A stretch of DNA of 64,000 bases, taken from positions 18,481-82,480 of the forward strand of contig JAKPQQ010000222.1 in NCBI GenBank assembly GCA_029557215.1, read 5' to 3'. The translations under genes were made by a program, and so were the position numbers. A model generated the notes under the pieces. That model saw only the letters and a program-made list of their open reading frames with translations, did not search any database and was not told the origin of the DNA. How positions within the stretch are numbered: position 1 is the stretch's first letter; each line of letters opens with the position of its first letter. Positions 51,374 through 63,740 of this stretch are shown here, one piece after another. Source of the DNA: Fibrobacterota bacterium. GTDB taxonomy: Bacteria > Fibrobacterota > Fibrobacteria > UBA5070.

Positions 51374-52314
51374 CACAGCCTCCCGGTGGCTCGGAACAAT
51401 CTGCGGATCACGGCCTTCTGGGCATGCAGGCGGTTCTCCGCTTCGTCGAAGCAGACGCAGCGTTCCCCGTCCATGATCTCGTCGGTGATCTCTTCGCCGC
51501 GGTGGGCGGGAAGGCAATGGGTGACCAGCGCCTGGGACCCCGCCGCCGACAACAGGCCGGCGTTGATCTGGTAGGGCAGGAAATGTCCGGCCTTCTGGTC
51601 CTTCTGGCCTTCCTGGCCCATGGACACCCAGACGTCGGAATACAGGAAGTCGGCGCCGCGCACGGCTTCCTTGGGGTCGGTCACGGCCTCGAACCGCGTG
51701 CCGCGCTTCTTGAATTCGGGCAGGATCTGGCGCACGAAATCCACCGGCAACTCGAACCCGTCCGGGCAGGATAGCACGAAATTCATTCCGCAGAACGCGG
51801 CGAGTTCGGCCAGCGACCTGGCCACGTTGTTGCCGTCGCCCACGAAGACCAGCGTGAGCCCTTCCAGGTTGCCGCGGTGCTCGCGGGCCGTGAGCCCGAA
51901 GGCCAGGGCCTGGCACGGGTGCGACACGTCGGTGAGGGCGTTGACCACCGGAACGCGGGCGAGCTTGGCGAGGCTTTCCACCAACTCGTGCGAGAAGGTG
52001 CGGCAGACCAGAACGTCCAGCCAGCGCTCCAGGTTCCGGGCGACGTCGGCCAGGCTCTCGCGCTTGCCGATTCCGATGGTGCCGGCGTCCAGCTGCAGGG
52101 CTTGCCCGCCCTTCTGGTTCATGGCGACTTCGAACGTCACCCGGGTGCGCAACGACGGCTTCTCGAAGTAAAGCGCGGCGGTGCGGCCGGCGAATTCGGT
52201 GTCGGGACCGTTCTGGCGCAGGCGCGCCTTCTGGGCCGCGGCGTCGTCCAGCAGTTCGTGGACGGCCTGTTCGCCCAGCGGCAGAAGGTCGATGAGGTCT
52301 TTCTGGAGGTTCAT
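51373..52314 (-). CDS. argF: Ornithine carbamoyltransferase-family enzyme
   Basis: 313 aa; SLRTR carbamoyl-phosphate motif, HPCQ, HCLPAHRGEE; stop overlaps the KaiC-like ATG by 1 nt (TGATG). Confidence 0.85.
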   Translation of the reverse strand: MNLQKDLIDLLPLGEQAVHELLDDAAAQKARLRQNGPDTEFAGRTAALYFEKPSLRTRVTFEVAMNQKGGQALQLDAGTIGIGKRESLADVARNLERWLDVLVCRTFSHELVESLAKLARVPVVNALTDVSHPCQALAFGLTAREHRGNLEGLTLVFVGDGNNVARSLAELAAFCGMNFVLSCPDGFELPVDFVRQILPEFKKRGTRFEAVTDPKEAVRGADFLYSDVWVSMGQEGQKDQKAGHFLPYQINAGLLSAAGSQALVTHCLPAHRGEEITDEIMDGERCVCFDEAENRLHAQKAVIRRLFRATGRL

Positions 52315-52416
52315 GTCGCCCCGGATACGCCTTTCAGGAGGAAAGAGGGGAAGATAATCAATCCCCCCCTCCTCGGGACGGAATCCGCCCTTGGCATCCA
52401 CTTTACCTTTGTTCGG

Positions 52417-53121
52417 ATGCAAAACGCAACAGTTCCGAACCGGGTGATCCTGGTCGAGCCGGAAATGCCGGAAAACGTCGGATTCGTGGTCCGGGCCATG
52501 TCCTGCTTCGGCTGGACCGATCTGGCCATCGTCGGGCGCAAACCGGATCGCGAATCGGCGGCCTACCGCACGGCGACCATGGGCAAGGAGATCCTCGATT
52601 CCTGCACCACCCATCCGGACCTCGTCTCGGCCTTCGGCGAAGCCCGCACCACGATCGCCTTCACGCGACGCCCGCACCAGAAGGGATTGATCGCCCTGCA
52701 GCACCTCGCGGCATCCCCTTCCGGACTGGAAGCCCCATGGGCGCTCGTGTTCGGACGCGAATCGATCGGCCTCACCTCCGACGAGGTCATGGCCTGCGAC
52801 ATCGCCTGCAACATCCCCACCGCGCACGCCACGGGATCCTTGAACCTGGGCCAGGCCGCCGCGGTGGCCCTGGCGGGATTCCATTCGGTCAAACCTCGGA
52901 CCGTGCAGGATCCGTCGCGCACGACCGCCCTCGCCTCGCTTCGGGAAGCCTGGGTCAGGGACATCATGTCCAACGCGGAATCGATGCTGCATCCCGCGCG
53001 CCGCGAGGCCGGGAGACGGCACCTGGCCTCGCTTCTGCGAAGGTTGCGCCCCACCCGCGAAGAGTTGCGTTTTTTGACGTCGTTCCTCGGCAGGCTGTCC
53101 GGCCAGCACGCAAAACGTTGA
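52417..53121 (+). CDS. SpoU/TrmH-family RNA 2'-O-methyltransferase (TrmJ-like)
   Basis: 234 aa from ATG M181 of ORF 51877..53121; RVILVEPEMPENVGFVVRAM, LVFGRESIGL, NIPT..SLNLGQAAAV motifs of the SPOUT class. Confidence 0.72.
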   Translation: MQNATVPNRVILVEPEMPENVGFVVRAMSCFGWTDLAIVGRKPDRESAAYRTATMGKEILDSCTTHPDLVSAFGEARTTIAFTRRPHQKGLIALQHLAASPSGLEAPWALVFGRESIGLTSDEVMACDIACNIPTAHATGSLNLGQAAAVALAGFHSVKPRTVQDPSRTTALASLREAWVRDIMSNAESMLHPARREAGRRHLASLLRRLRPTREELRFLTSFLGRLSGQHAKR

Positions 53122-53203
53122 TTTCAAGGGACTTGGAGGGTACCGAACCCCTCAAACCCGCCTGGAATGGGGGCTGGCGGTGAACAAATCCCGCAAAAGC
53201 CCA

Positions 53204-53232
53204 TTGCAAGGCACTTGACTCGGTGATATGTT
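53204..53232 (+). promoter_or_regulatory. Candidate sigma70-type promoter of the HU gene (TTGCAA-17 nt-TATGTT)
   Basis: Hexamers read from the AT-richer region ~65 nt upstream of the HU start. Confidence 0.3.
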
Positions 53233-53295
53233 CCTGATGTCGTGCCTCTCGCGCTCGACGCGAAACAACCCTCCATATCCAGAAAAGGGATCCCC

Positions 53296-53604
53296 ATGAA
53301 CAAGACCGATCTCGTCGCCAAGGTCCAGGAACTCGCCGAACTCGAAAGCAAGGCCGCTGCCGAACGCGCCGTCAGCGCCGTTCTGGAAGCCCTCACCGCC
53401 GGCCTGAAGGCCGACGGCAACGTCGCTCTCGTCGGCTTCGGCACTTTCGACGTCAAGGAGCGCAAGGCTCGCACCGGCGTGAATCCCGCCACCGGCGAAA
53501 AGATCAAGATCGCCGCCTCCAAGACCGTCGGCTTCAAGGCCGGCAAGGCCCTCAAGGACGAATTCAACAAGGCCAAGGCGGCCAAGGGCGGCAAGAAGAA
53601 GTAA
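53296..53604 (+). CDS. hup: HU-family DNA-binding protein with Lys-rich C-terminal tail
   Basis: 102 aa; MNKTDLVAKV..VALVGFGTFDVKERKARTGVNPATGEKIKIAASKTVGFKAGKALKD then KAKAAKGGKKK. Confidence 0.88.
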   Translation: MNKTDLVAKVQELAELESKAAAERAVSAVLEALTAGLKADGNVALVGFGTFDVKERKARTGVNPATGEKIKIAASKTVGFKAGKALKDEFNKAKAAKGGKKK

Positions 53605-53639
53605 GACTCGCGAAAGCTCCGGCTTTCCGATACATCGTC

Positions 53640-53680
53640 GCCCTTTCGGGGATTCCCTCCGGAAGGGCTTTTTCTTTCTT
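53640..53680 (+). terminator. Probable rho-independent terminator after hup
   Basis: gcccttt...aagggc hairpin followed by tttttctttctt. Confidence 0.5.
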
Positions 53681-53901
53681 GGCCGCCACCGAGACTGGAA
53701 CCGCGCCTCTCGAGCCTCGCCTTCGCAAAAACCGAAAATCCACTCAAGTTTTTGCCGATCCGACCGATGGCCGGCCGTCCGGAACGCGAAAACGGCGGGA
53801 TCCGAACAAATCGATCAAGTCGCGATCGACCGATGCCGAAAAGATCCGGTTGGGCTCTCGATTTCCCCTGTTCGTTCCCTGCAAAGCCGCATCACAAGGC
53901 C

Positions 53902-53929
53902 TCAAGAACTCGCCCGCACCTTCCGATAA
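53902..53929 (+). promoter_or_regulatory. Candidate sigma28 (FliA) promoter for flagellin: TCAAGAAC-N12-TCCGATAA
   Basis: Right half CCGATAA matches the conserved -10 of sigma28 promoters (GCCGATAA); 20-nt spacing similar to TAAAGTTT-N11-GCCGATAA; ~117 nt upstream of the flagellin ATG. Confidence 0.35.
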
Positions 53930-54046
53930 ACGTTGTGTAAGCCACCGGAACTCCGGGGATTCCATCCTTGGATGAATCCGGAGGCTTGCGAAAGAAGGGC
54001 GGCAAGGACGCTGCCTGGATCGGGATCCACGCAAGGAGGATGTGTC

Positions 54047-54856
54047 ATGCGTATCTACAACAACGTCAACTCGGTCAACATCCAGAACACTCTGAATACG
54101 ACCAACACGAACATGCAGAAGTCCCTCGAGAAGCTGTCTTCGGGTCTTCGCATCAATCGTGCGGCGGACGACGCGGCGGGCCTTTCGGTATCGGAAGGTC
54201 TTCGTTCCCAGATTCGCGGCAGCCAGATGGCGTCCAGGAACGCCAACGACGCGCTGGCCATGCTGCAGATCACGGAATCGGGCACGCAACAGATCACGGA
54301 TTCGCTGCAGCGCATGCGCGAACTCGCGGTCCAGTCGTCCAACGGCACCTACACCAACACCGATCGCGGCTATATCCAGCAGGAATACGCGGCCCTGGCG
54401 TCGGAAATCAACCGAATCGCCTCGGCGACCACCTACAACGGCATCGAAATGCTCACGGGAACGACCGCGTTCTCGTTCCAGGTCAGTGCCGCCAAGGATG
54501 GCACCAGCTCCACGATCAGTTTCACCTCGATCAACCTCGCATCCGGACTCTCGTTCGGCGGCGTGTCGGGACAATCGGCCGCCCAGAGCGCCGTCGGCCA
54601 GATCGACACCCTCCTGGCATCGGTCCTTTCGCTGCGGTCCACCGTCGGTTCGACCATGAACCGTTTGAGCACCACCGTCTCCAACCTGGGAGACATGGTG
54701 ACCAACCTGACGGACGCCGAAAGCCGGATCCGCGACACCAACTTCGCGTCGGAAACGATGCAGTTCACCAGAAACCAGATCCTGACACAATCCGCCCAGA
54801 GCATGTTGAGCCAGGCGAACCAGCTGCCATCCGGAGTGCTCGGATTGCTGCGTTGA
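54047..54856 (+). CDS. Flagellin (FlaB/FliC family)
   Basis: 269 aa; SD aaggagga; conserved N-terminus LSSGLRINRAADDAAGLSVSEGLRSQIRGSQMASRNANDALAMLQ and C-terminus ..ETMQFTRNQILTQSAQSMLSQANQLPSGVLGLLR. Confidence 0.88.
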   Translation: MRIYNNVNSVNIQNTLNTTNTNMQKSLEKLSSGLRINRAADDAAGLSVSEGLRSQIRGSQMASRNANDALAMLQITESGTQQITDSLQRMRELAVQSSNGTYTNTDRGYIQQEYAALASEINRIASATTYNGIEMLTGTTAFSFQVSAAKDGTSSTISFTSINLASGLSFGGVSGQSAAQSAVGQIDTLLASVLSLRSTVGSTMNRLSTTVSNLGDMVTNLTDAESRIRDTNFASETMQFTRNQILTQSAQSMLSQANQLPSGVLGLLR

Positions 54857-54883
54857 CCTTTCTTCTTGTGGAATCCCGTCTTG

Positions 54884-54916
54884 GACCGCCTCGAAAGGGG
54901 CGGTCTTTTCTTTCTT
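54884..54916 (+). terminator. Rho-independent terminator after flagellin
   Basis: gaccgcc-tcgaaagg-ggcggtc hairpin followed by ttttctttctt. Confidence 0.65.
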
Positions 54917-54923
54917 GGAAGAC

Positions 54924-56480
54924 ATGCGGCTCACAGCCTGTCTCATCGCCCGCGACGAGGAGAACGCGTTGCCTCGGTGCCTGGCCTCCCTGGGCGGCAT
55001 CGTCGACGAAATCTGCCTGCTCGACACCGGCTCGCGCGACCGCACGGTCGAGATCGCCCGCGGCCACGGCGCCGTCGTGGGTTTTCGCGCCTGGGACCAG
55101 GATTTTTCCGCCGCCCGCAACGCGTGCCTGGAACTGGCGACCGGCGACTGGATCCTGCAGATCGACGCCGACGAGGAGATCGACCCGGCCACCGTCGCGG
55201 GCCTCCGACAGGATCTGGAATCCGGTCCGCCCTGTCGGCTGGTGGACGTGGTCCTGCTCGACGGCACGGACCGTCCCGGCCTCGTGCGGCTTCCAAGGCT
55301 GTTCTCGCGCGACGGGCGCATCCGCTACCGGCGGCCGGTCCACGAATCCGTCCTGGAATCCCTCGACGACGCCCGGCTTCCGCCTCCGGCGCCGTGCCGC
55401 CTGCGGCTGATCCACCACGGCTACCGCCCCGAGATCGTGGAGAACCGGGCCAAGCGGGAACGGAATCTGTCCATCCTGCGCGCCAGCCGCGATTCGGGCA
55501 GGGCGGACGCCTACGACCTCTACAAGCTCGCCACCACGCTCCCCGCCTGGGAAGGCGGGGCGGAACGTTCCCGTGCCCTGGCTTCGGCATGGCAGGCGGG
55601 AGGCATGCAGCCGGAATCCCTCCGGGCCGAATGGCCGTGGTGGGATCGGCTGGCCCAGGCCTACGCCATGGATCTGGTGCGCCGGGGCGAATTCTCCCGG
55701 GCGCGCGATGTCGCCGCGTCCGCATCCAGCGGCGGTCGCCAATCGCCGCTGGCCCTCACCGCGCTGGCGGAGCTCCATCTGCGGGCGGGCTTTTCCGGTC
55801 CGGCGCAGGACATCGCCCAGCGGGCCATCGGCCAACTTGGCGAAGGAGCGACCCTGGTGGCCTTGGGCGGCAAGGAAGAGTCGGAACTCGAATGGATCGC
55901 CGCGCGCGCGGCCAAGGCATCCCGGATCGAGGACCGGTTCCTGCTCCATCTCGAGCGCGCCGTGTCGCTGGGCTCCCTGGAAGGACGCTGCATGCGCGCC
56001 GGCTGGAAGATCTCCCAGGAAATCAACGAAGGCTGGAAGGAACTCGACATTCTCCTGCGCTCCGACGCGCGGTCCCCCTGCGTCCTGGTCGCCGCCTCCG
56101 AAGCCGCGCGATCGCAAGGAGACCGCTCCACGTCGGACCTGCTCCTGGAGCAAGCCGCCGCCATCCCCTCCGATTCGGGACGTCTCGCGGCGACCCGCCT
56201 CTGGATGCGCTCCTGGCTCGCCGGTCGGGAACCGTCCTACGATCTCCCTCCCTTCGACATCGAAGCCGCCGCGATCCACGGATTCCTGGCCATGCTGCAC
56301 GACCTCCCCTGGAAGCCCGACCCGTTCCTGCACGTCGGGATGCTCCGCTCGACCCTGGCCGACATCCTGGAAGCGCTCCTCGGCGCCGGGCGGGAAGACG
56401 TGGTCCGCCGGTTCGCCGCGGGCGCCGCATCGCGCGACGCCGACCTCCCGGGCGTTTCCGGATTGGTGGAAGGGATCTAG
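54924..56480 (+). CDS. Family-2 glycosyltransferase with long C-terminal helical (TPR-like) extension
   Basis: 518 aa; GT-A N-terminal block LTACLIARDEENALPRCLASLGGIVDEICLLDTGSRDRTVEIA, DxD-like IDADEE. Confidence 0.65.
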   Translation: MRLTACLIARDEENALPRCLASLGGIVDEICLLDTGSRDRTVEIARGHGAVVGFRAWDQDFSAARNACLELATGDWILQIDADEEIDPATVAGLRQDLESGPPCRLVDVVLLDGTDRPGLVRLPRLFSRDGRIRYRRPVHESVLESLDDARLPPPAPCRLRLIHHGYRPEIVENRAKRERNLSILRASRDSGRADAYDLYKLATTLPAWEGGAERSRALASAWQAGGMQPESLRAEWPWWDRLAQAYAMDLVRRGEFSRARDVAASASSGGRQSPLALTALAELHLRAGFSGPAQDIAQRAIGQLGEGATLVALGGKEESELEWIAARAAKASRIEDRFLLHLERAVSLGSLEGRCMRAGWKISQEINEGWKELDILLRSDARSPCVLVAASEAARSQGDRSTSDLLLEQAAAIPSDSGRLAATRLWMRSWLAGREPSYDLPPFDIEAAAIHGFLAMLHDLPWKPDPFLHVGMLRSTLADILEALLGAGREDVVRRFAAGAASRDADLPGVSGLVEGI

Positions 56481-58115
56481 TCGGCGGCTTCCAGGACTCC
56501 GTACTTGAGGAGCCAATGCACCTGCCAGACGGCCTCCTCGCGCGATCGCCCCGCGAGGACGGCGCACAGGCGCGCGTGGTCGGACAATTTCCGTTGGCCG
56601 TGGCGCATGTTCACGACCAGGGCCGACAACAGCTTCCCGTCGGAAATCGGCATCAGATCGCCGAAGGTGGGCGGCATGGGCAGCTCGCCTCGCAGGATCG
56701 CCTCGCCCAGGGACGAAAGCCGCAGGAGGGGATCCAGATCCGGAGCGGGTTCGGCATAGTGCCTGAACGCCTCGGCGGGATCCAGGATTTCGGGATCGGG
56801 CCCGCCCCCCTTGCCCGGCACGTCCATGCGATCGGCCTCGCGACGCAGGTCTTGCCAGATTCCGGCCAGTCGTCCGACCACCGCCTTCCAGGAGAACAAC
56901 CGCTCGGCGCGTTCGCGCCCGGCGTCCCCGGACGACCGGGCCAATGCCGGATCGTCCAGGTACCTCGCGATCGCCGCGCGCAGGCATCCCGGATCCACCG
57001 CCACGCCTTGGCTTGTCGCCAGCTGCGAAAGGTTCGGCTCCAGCACCGCGCGCAAGGCGATCGCCTCCGGAGGCGGCGGCGCCCATCGCACCGGGACCAG
57101 AGCCCCGGTCGCGCCGTCCTCCACCAGATCCTTGTAGCCGTCCCACCGCGAGGCCACCACGGGAAGCCCCGATGCCATCGCCTCCACCACCGCGATCCCG
57201 AACGTCTCCTGCTGGTTGTCCACCGGCGAAACGAACACGTCGGCGGCGGCCAGCAGGTCCAGCTTCTCGGCATCTTCGATATCGGGACGGATCCCGACAT
57301 GCGCCGCCAGCCCCAGCTCGTCCACGGTCGCACGCAGGGAAACGAGGTCGCCTTCGGAACCGCCGCCGGCCAGCACGAGCAGGCGCTTGCCGACGGATTC
57401 CGACACGATCGCGCGCCACTGGTACAGCAGCGGATGCAGGTCCGCCTTGGATGCCGCAGAAAGCCTTCCGATCCACAAGGCGACCCTCGCGTCCGGGGGG
57501 ATCGCCAGCCGTCGGCGCGCCTGGTCCTTGTCGCGACGCAGGAAGTAGCGCTCGTCCACTCCGAGCGGCGCGATTTCCAGCCGGCCCCGGAATCCGCCGC
57601 CTACCATGCCCAATTGGCGTCGGAACGATTCCCGCCCGTCCCGGCTCGTGCAGATCACCGCGTCGCAGGGCCCCGTCGGCGCCGCCACGAGCCGCCTCAG
57701 CATTCCCGCCATCGACGGATCGTTCAGGCTGTGGATGGTGCCGGTCAGCGGGAAGGGCCGCGCGGCGCGGTTCGCGCGAAGCCACGCGAGCGCGCCCAGG
57801 TAGCGGCTCCAGCCTCCGCTGTGCACGACCTCCCAATCGGCGCCGGACATCGCCTCGGGAAGTTCCAGCTGCGGACGCGTCGCGATCCTTGCGACCAGAT
57901 TCCGTCCATCGGGAAGCGCCGCGATCCATTCGCGCAGGCGCCGCCCTTCGTCGACGGTCGGACAGAAGAATTCGAACCGGTCGTAGGGGCCGTGTCGCAG
58001 CAGGGCCTCCAGGAAGGTCGCGTTCGCGACGAGCCGCCCCAGGCGCAGCGAGGGTCGCGACGATTCGATGAAGGTGTCGGCGGAGGCGAAGATGCGCACA
58101 CCGGAAGAATAACCC

Positions 58116-58126
<11 letters not shown>
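56477..58126 (-). CDS. Family-4 (GT1-fold) glycosyltransferase with C-terminal extension
   Basis: 549 aa; FVSPVDNQQETFGIAVVEAMASGLPVVASRWDGYKDLVEDGATG is the classic GT4 E-x7-E nucleotide-sugar motif region; start overlaps the upstream HK stop by 11 nt. Confidence 0.7.
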
Positions 58127-60548
<2,422 letters not shown>

Positions 60549-60605
60549 CGGCCCTCAGAATAGCATTCGCCGGAATACGGGACCATCGGCCCCCGGCCTG
60601 ACACG

Positions 60606-60639
60606 AAAAAGCCCCGCCTTCCTCGATGGAGAGCGGGGC
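60606..60639 (-). terminator. Rho-independent terminator after fabI (minus strand)
   Basis: gcggggc/gccccgc stem with U-run (aaaaa on the plus strand) immediately downstream on the minus-strand transcript. Confidence 0.55.
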
Positions 60640-60668
60640 TTCGCGATTCGATTTCCGTCAGCGACGAA

Positions 60669-61466
60669 TCAGCCGGCCTTGGCTTGTTCCTCGGCGAAGC
60701 TGAAGCTCACGCAGTGGTAGCCGGCGTCCACGTGGACGAGTTCGCCGGTGATGCCGCGGGCCATGTCGGAAACCAGGAAGGCGGCGGTGTCGCCCACTTC
60801 CGCGGTGTCCACGTTGCGATGCAGGGCCGAACGGTTTTCGGAGATGCTCAGCATCTTGTTGAAGTCGCCGATGCCCTTGGCGGCCAGCGTGCGGATGGGG
60901 CCCGCGCTCACGATGTTCACGCGGATGCCCTGCTTGCCCAGGTCGTGGGCCAGATAACGCGCGGAGCACTCCAGGGCGGCCTTGGCCACGCCCATCACGT
61001 TGTAGTGCGGGATCACCTTTTCGCCGCCGATGTACGACAGCGAGACGATCGCGCCGCCCGGATTCATGGCGGCCACGGCGTGGTGCGAAAGCGCCGTCAG
61101 CGAATAGGCCGAGATGTCCAGCGCGGTGGCGAAACCGTCGCGGGACGTGTCCTGGAATTCGCCGTCCAGGTCTTCGCGCTTGGCGAAGGCGATGGCGTGG
61201 ACCAGGAAGTCGATCTTGCCCACTTCTTTTTCGATGCGCGCGAACAGGTCGGCGATCGATTCGTCCTTGGTCACGTCGCATTCGAACAGCGGAGCGGACT
61301 TGCCCTCGCCCTGGATGAGCGATTCCACCGACCCTTTGAGCCGCTCGCTGGGGTAGCTGAAGCAGAGTTCGGCACCCTGCTGCCAGCACGACTTGGCGAT
61401 TCCCCACGCGATCGAACGTTGGTTCGCGACGCCGGTGATCAGTCCCTTCTTGCCCTTGAGAATCAT
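60669..61466 (-). CDS. fabI: Enoyl-[acyl-carrier-protein] reductase (NADH) FabI
   Basis: 265 aa; GVANQRSIAWGIAK, Y-x6-K catalytic pair (YNVMGVAKAALE), SAGPIRTLAA. Confidence 0.92.
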   Translation of the reverse strand: MILKGKKGLITGVANQRSIAWGIAKSCWQQGAELCFSYPSERLKGSVESLIQGEGKSAPLFECDVTKDESIADLFARIEKEVGKIDFLVHAIAFAKREDLDGEFQDTSRDGFATALDISAYSLTALSHHAVAAMNPGGAIVSLSYIGGEKVIPHYNVMGVAKAALECSARYLAHDLGKQGIRVNIVSAGPIRTLAAKGIGDFNKMLSISENRSALHRNVDTAEVGDTAAFLVSDMARGITGELVHVDAGYHCVSFSFAEEQAKAG

Positions 61467-61490
61467 ATGCTGTGGTCCCTTGCGAATTCG

Positions 61491-62768
61491 TTAAGGAAGG
61501 AAAATGGCCTGGTCGCGACGCGGTCCCACGGACACCATCGCGATCGGAGCGCCGACGAGTTCCGCCAGGCGCTCGAGGTATTTCTTCGCGTTCTCGGGCA
61601 GGTCCGCCCAGGAAACCGCCTTGGAAGTGTCGGACATCCAGCCCGGCAGAGTTTCGTACACGGGCTCGACGTTCTCGAACTCGCGCATCTGCATCGGGAG
61701 ATCTTCCAGGACCTTGCCTTCGGACTTGTAGCCCACGCAGACCTGGATCTCGGGGAGCTGGTCCAGCACGTCCACCTTGGTGATGGCCAAGCCGGTGATG
61801 CCGTTGACGCGCACCGCCTTGCGGACCACCATCGCGTCGAACCAGCCGCAGCGACGCGCGCGCCCGGTGGTGGCGCCGTATTCGCCGCCCCACTTGCGCA
61901 GGCTCTCGCCGAGTTCGCTGTCGAGCTCGGTGGGGAACGGGCCGTTGCCCACCCGGGTGGTGTAGGCCTTGACCACGCCGATCACGCTCTGGATGGCGGT
62001 GGGACCCACGCCCGATCCGCAGCAGGCCGAACCCGCGATCGTGTTCGAGCTGGTCACGTAGGGGTACGTTCCGTGGTCGACGTCCAGGATGGTCCCCTGG
62101 GCGCCTTCGAACAGCAGGTGCTTCCCGGTCTTGATCGCCTTCTCCAGGAGCAGCGCGGCGTTGGCCACCAGCGGCGCCAATTTCCGTCCATACTCCAGGT
62201 ACTGCGCCACGATGGGCGCCGCCTGGAGGGCTTCCGCCTCGTAGACCTTGGTGAAGAGGATGTTCTTCTCTTCCAGGATCGATTCGACCTTGAAGCGCAG
62301 ACCTTCCGGATCGAGCAGGTCGATCAGACGGATTCCGGAACGCGCGACCTTGTCGACGTACGCCGGGCCGATGCCGCGACCGGTGGTGCCGATCGCGTTC
62401 TTGCCCGCGGCCTTCTCCTTGAGCTTGTCCAGCTGGACATGCCACGGCATGACGATCTGCATGTTCTCGGCGAGCCACAGACGGCCGCGGACATCGAAGC
62501 CGCGCCCTTCCAGCTCTTCGATCTCGTGCAGCAGCTGCGCCGGATCCAGCACGACGCCGTTGCCAATGACGCAAGTCTTGGTGGGTCGCATGATGGCGGA
62601 TGGAATGAGATGGAAGACGAATTCCTGGTCGCCGACGACGACCGTGTGGCCGGCGTTGGCGCCGCCCTGGAACCGGATGACCACATCCGCGTGCTCGGCC
62701 AGCACGTCGATGACCTTTGCCTTGCCTTCGTCTCCCCACTGGGATCCGACGACGATCGTGTTCTTCAT
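61491..62768 (-). CDS. purA: Adenylosuccinate synthetase
   Basis: 425 aa; VVGSQWGDEGKAKV (P-loop), GGANAGHTV, GTTGRGIGPAY, YVTSSNT. Confidence 0.93.
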   Translation of the reverse strand: MKNTIVVGSQWGDEGKAKVIDVLAEHADVVIRFQGGANAGHTVVVGDQEFVFHLIPSAIMRPTKTCVIGNGVVLDPAQLLHEIEELEGRGFDVRGRLWLAENMQIVMPWHVQLDKLKEKAAGKNAIGTTGRGIGPAYVDKVARSGIRLIDLLDPEGLRFKVESILEEKNILFTKVYEAEALQAAPIVAQYLEYGRKLAPLVANAALLLEKAIKTGKHLLFEGAQGTILDVDHGTYPYVTSSNTIAGSACCGSGVGPTAIQSVIGVVKAYTTRVGNGPFPTELDSELGESLRKWGGEYGATTGRARRCGWFDAMVVRKAVRVNGITGLAITKVDVLDQLPEIQVCVGYKSEGKVLEDLPMQMREFENVEPVYETLPGWMSDTSKAVSWADLPENAKKYLERLAELVGAPIAMVSVGPRRDQAIFLP

Positions 62769-62831
62769 TGTTTGCTCCGCGGAGACGCCTCCGCCCTGCC
62801 GCTTTTCCAGACAGAAAGAGGAAAAGCTAAT

Positions 62832-63740
62832 TCAAAACATTTCCCGTTGGTGGGCGAGCATCGCTTCCAATTTCGGGACGATCGTGGCGCCCAGGGTCGG
62901 ATGGGCGTCCAGAGCGGCCTTCCAGAACCCCAACGGCCGGACTCCGTGCACCTGGGGACGGCGCGCGTCGCGCACCACGTCGACCACCACCGGATCCAGG
63001 GCGAAGGCCTTGGACGCCGCCAGGGCCAGCTCGATTTCGGCGGAACGGGCCGTGTCGGCCACATGTTCGGCCTCCAGGCCCGGGGTTCCTCCGCGCCAGG
63101 CGGCGGCGACTTCGCCCGCCAGCACCAGAAGGCTCACCACCTCGCCGCGGACGTCGCGCGTGAGCACGAACGGGCCGGTGGGATATTCCTGCCACAGCTC
63201 CTCCAGCCGGTCGCGCACCTGCCCGCCCTGCGCGACCCACTCGATTTCAGGCGCGTGCGCGCCTTCGGGAACCCGGAACTGCGCGCCTTTCCACAGCCGG
63301 ACAAAATCCGCGGCATCGTCCAGGTTCTCGCCTACGTAGTGGTCGATCACCGGCACTCCGGCGCGGGACAACCGCAGGAGCACGCGGGTGGGCTCCCAGG
63401 CCAGGCGGATTCCGCGAGGATCGGGAAGGACCGGAACGCCGGCAAGGGCGATCTCTTCGAGAATCGCCCTTCGCCATTCGAACAGTTCCGCATCCTGCTT
63501 GCCGCAAACGGCCGCGACCAGGATGCCGGACAATTTGGACCAGTCGCCGTGCGACCAGTCGTCGTGCGTCAAAACATGGCGATCGCCGAAGCGGAACGCC
63601 TGGGGGCCCATCCAGACCGGCTTTCTTTCCTGCTCGAGGAAAGCCCTGAAAATGGGCCCGACGGAAAGATCCCAGATCGGAGCGACGAGCCCGATCCGAT
63701 GACCGTGTCCACCGTCCTTGCGGGACGAGGATCCGGGCAT
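62832..63740 (-). CDS. ATP-grasp family protein (RimK/glutathione synthetase-like fold)
   Basis: 302 aa from ATG M78 of ORF 62832..63971; ATG overlaps the rpmG stop by 1 nt (TGATG); ATP-grasp-like central region ..VIDHYVGENLDD..FVLTRDVRGEVVSLLVLAGE.. Confidence 0.55.
   Translation of the reverse strand: MPGSSSRKDGGHGHRIGLVAPIWDLSVGPIFRAFLEQERKPVWMGPQAFRFGDRHVLTHDDWSHGDWSKLSGILVAAVCGKQDAELFEWRRAILEEIALAGVPVLPDPRGIRLAWEPTRVLLRLSRAGVPVIDHYVGENLDDAADFVRLWKGAQFRVPEGAHAPEIEWVAQGGQVRDRLEELWQEYPTGPFVLTRDVRGEVVSLLVLAGEVAAAWRGGTPGLEAEHVADTARSAEIELALAASKAFALDPVVVDVVRDARRPQVHGVRPLGFWKAALDAHPTLGATIVPKLEAMLAHQREMF

Noticed and set aside
53679-53975. 98-aa ORF between hup and flagellin
   Set aside because: Random-looking Arg/Ser/Pro translation with no start context. 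The region is better explained as the flagellin promoter and leader.
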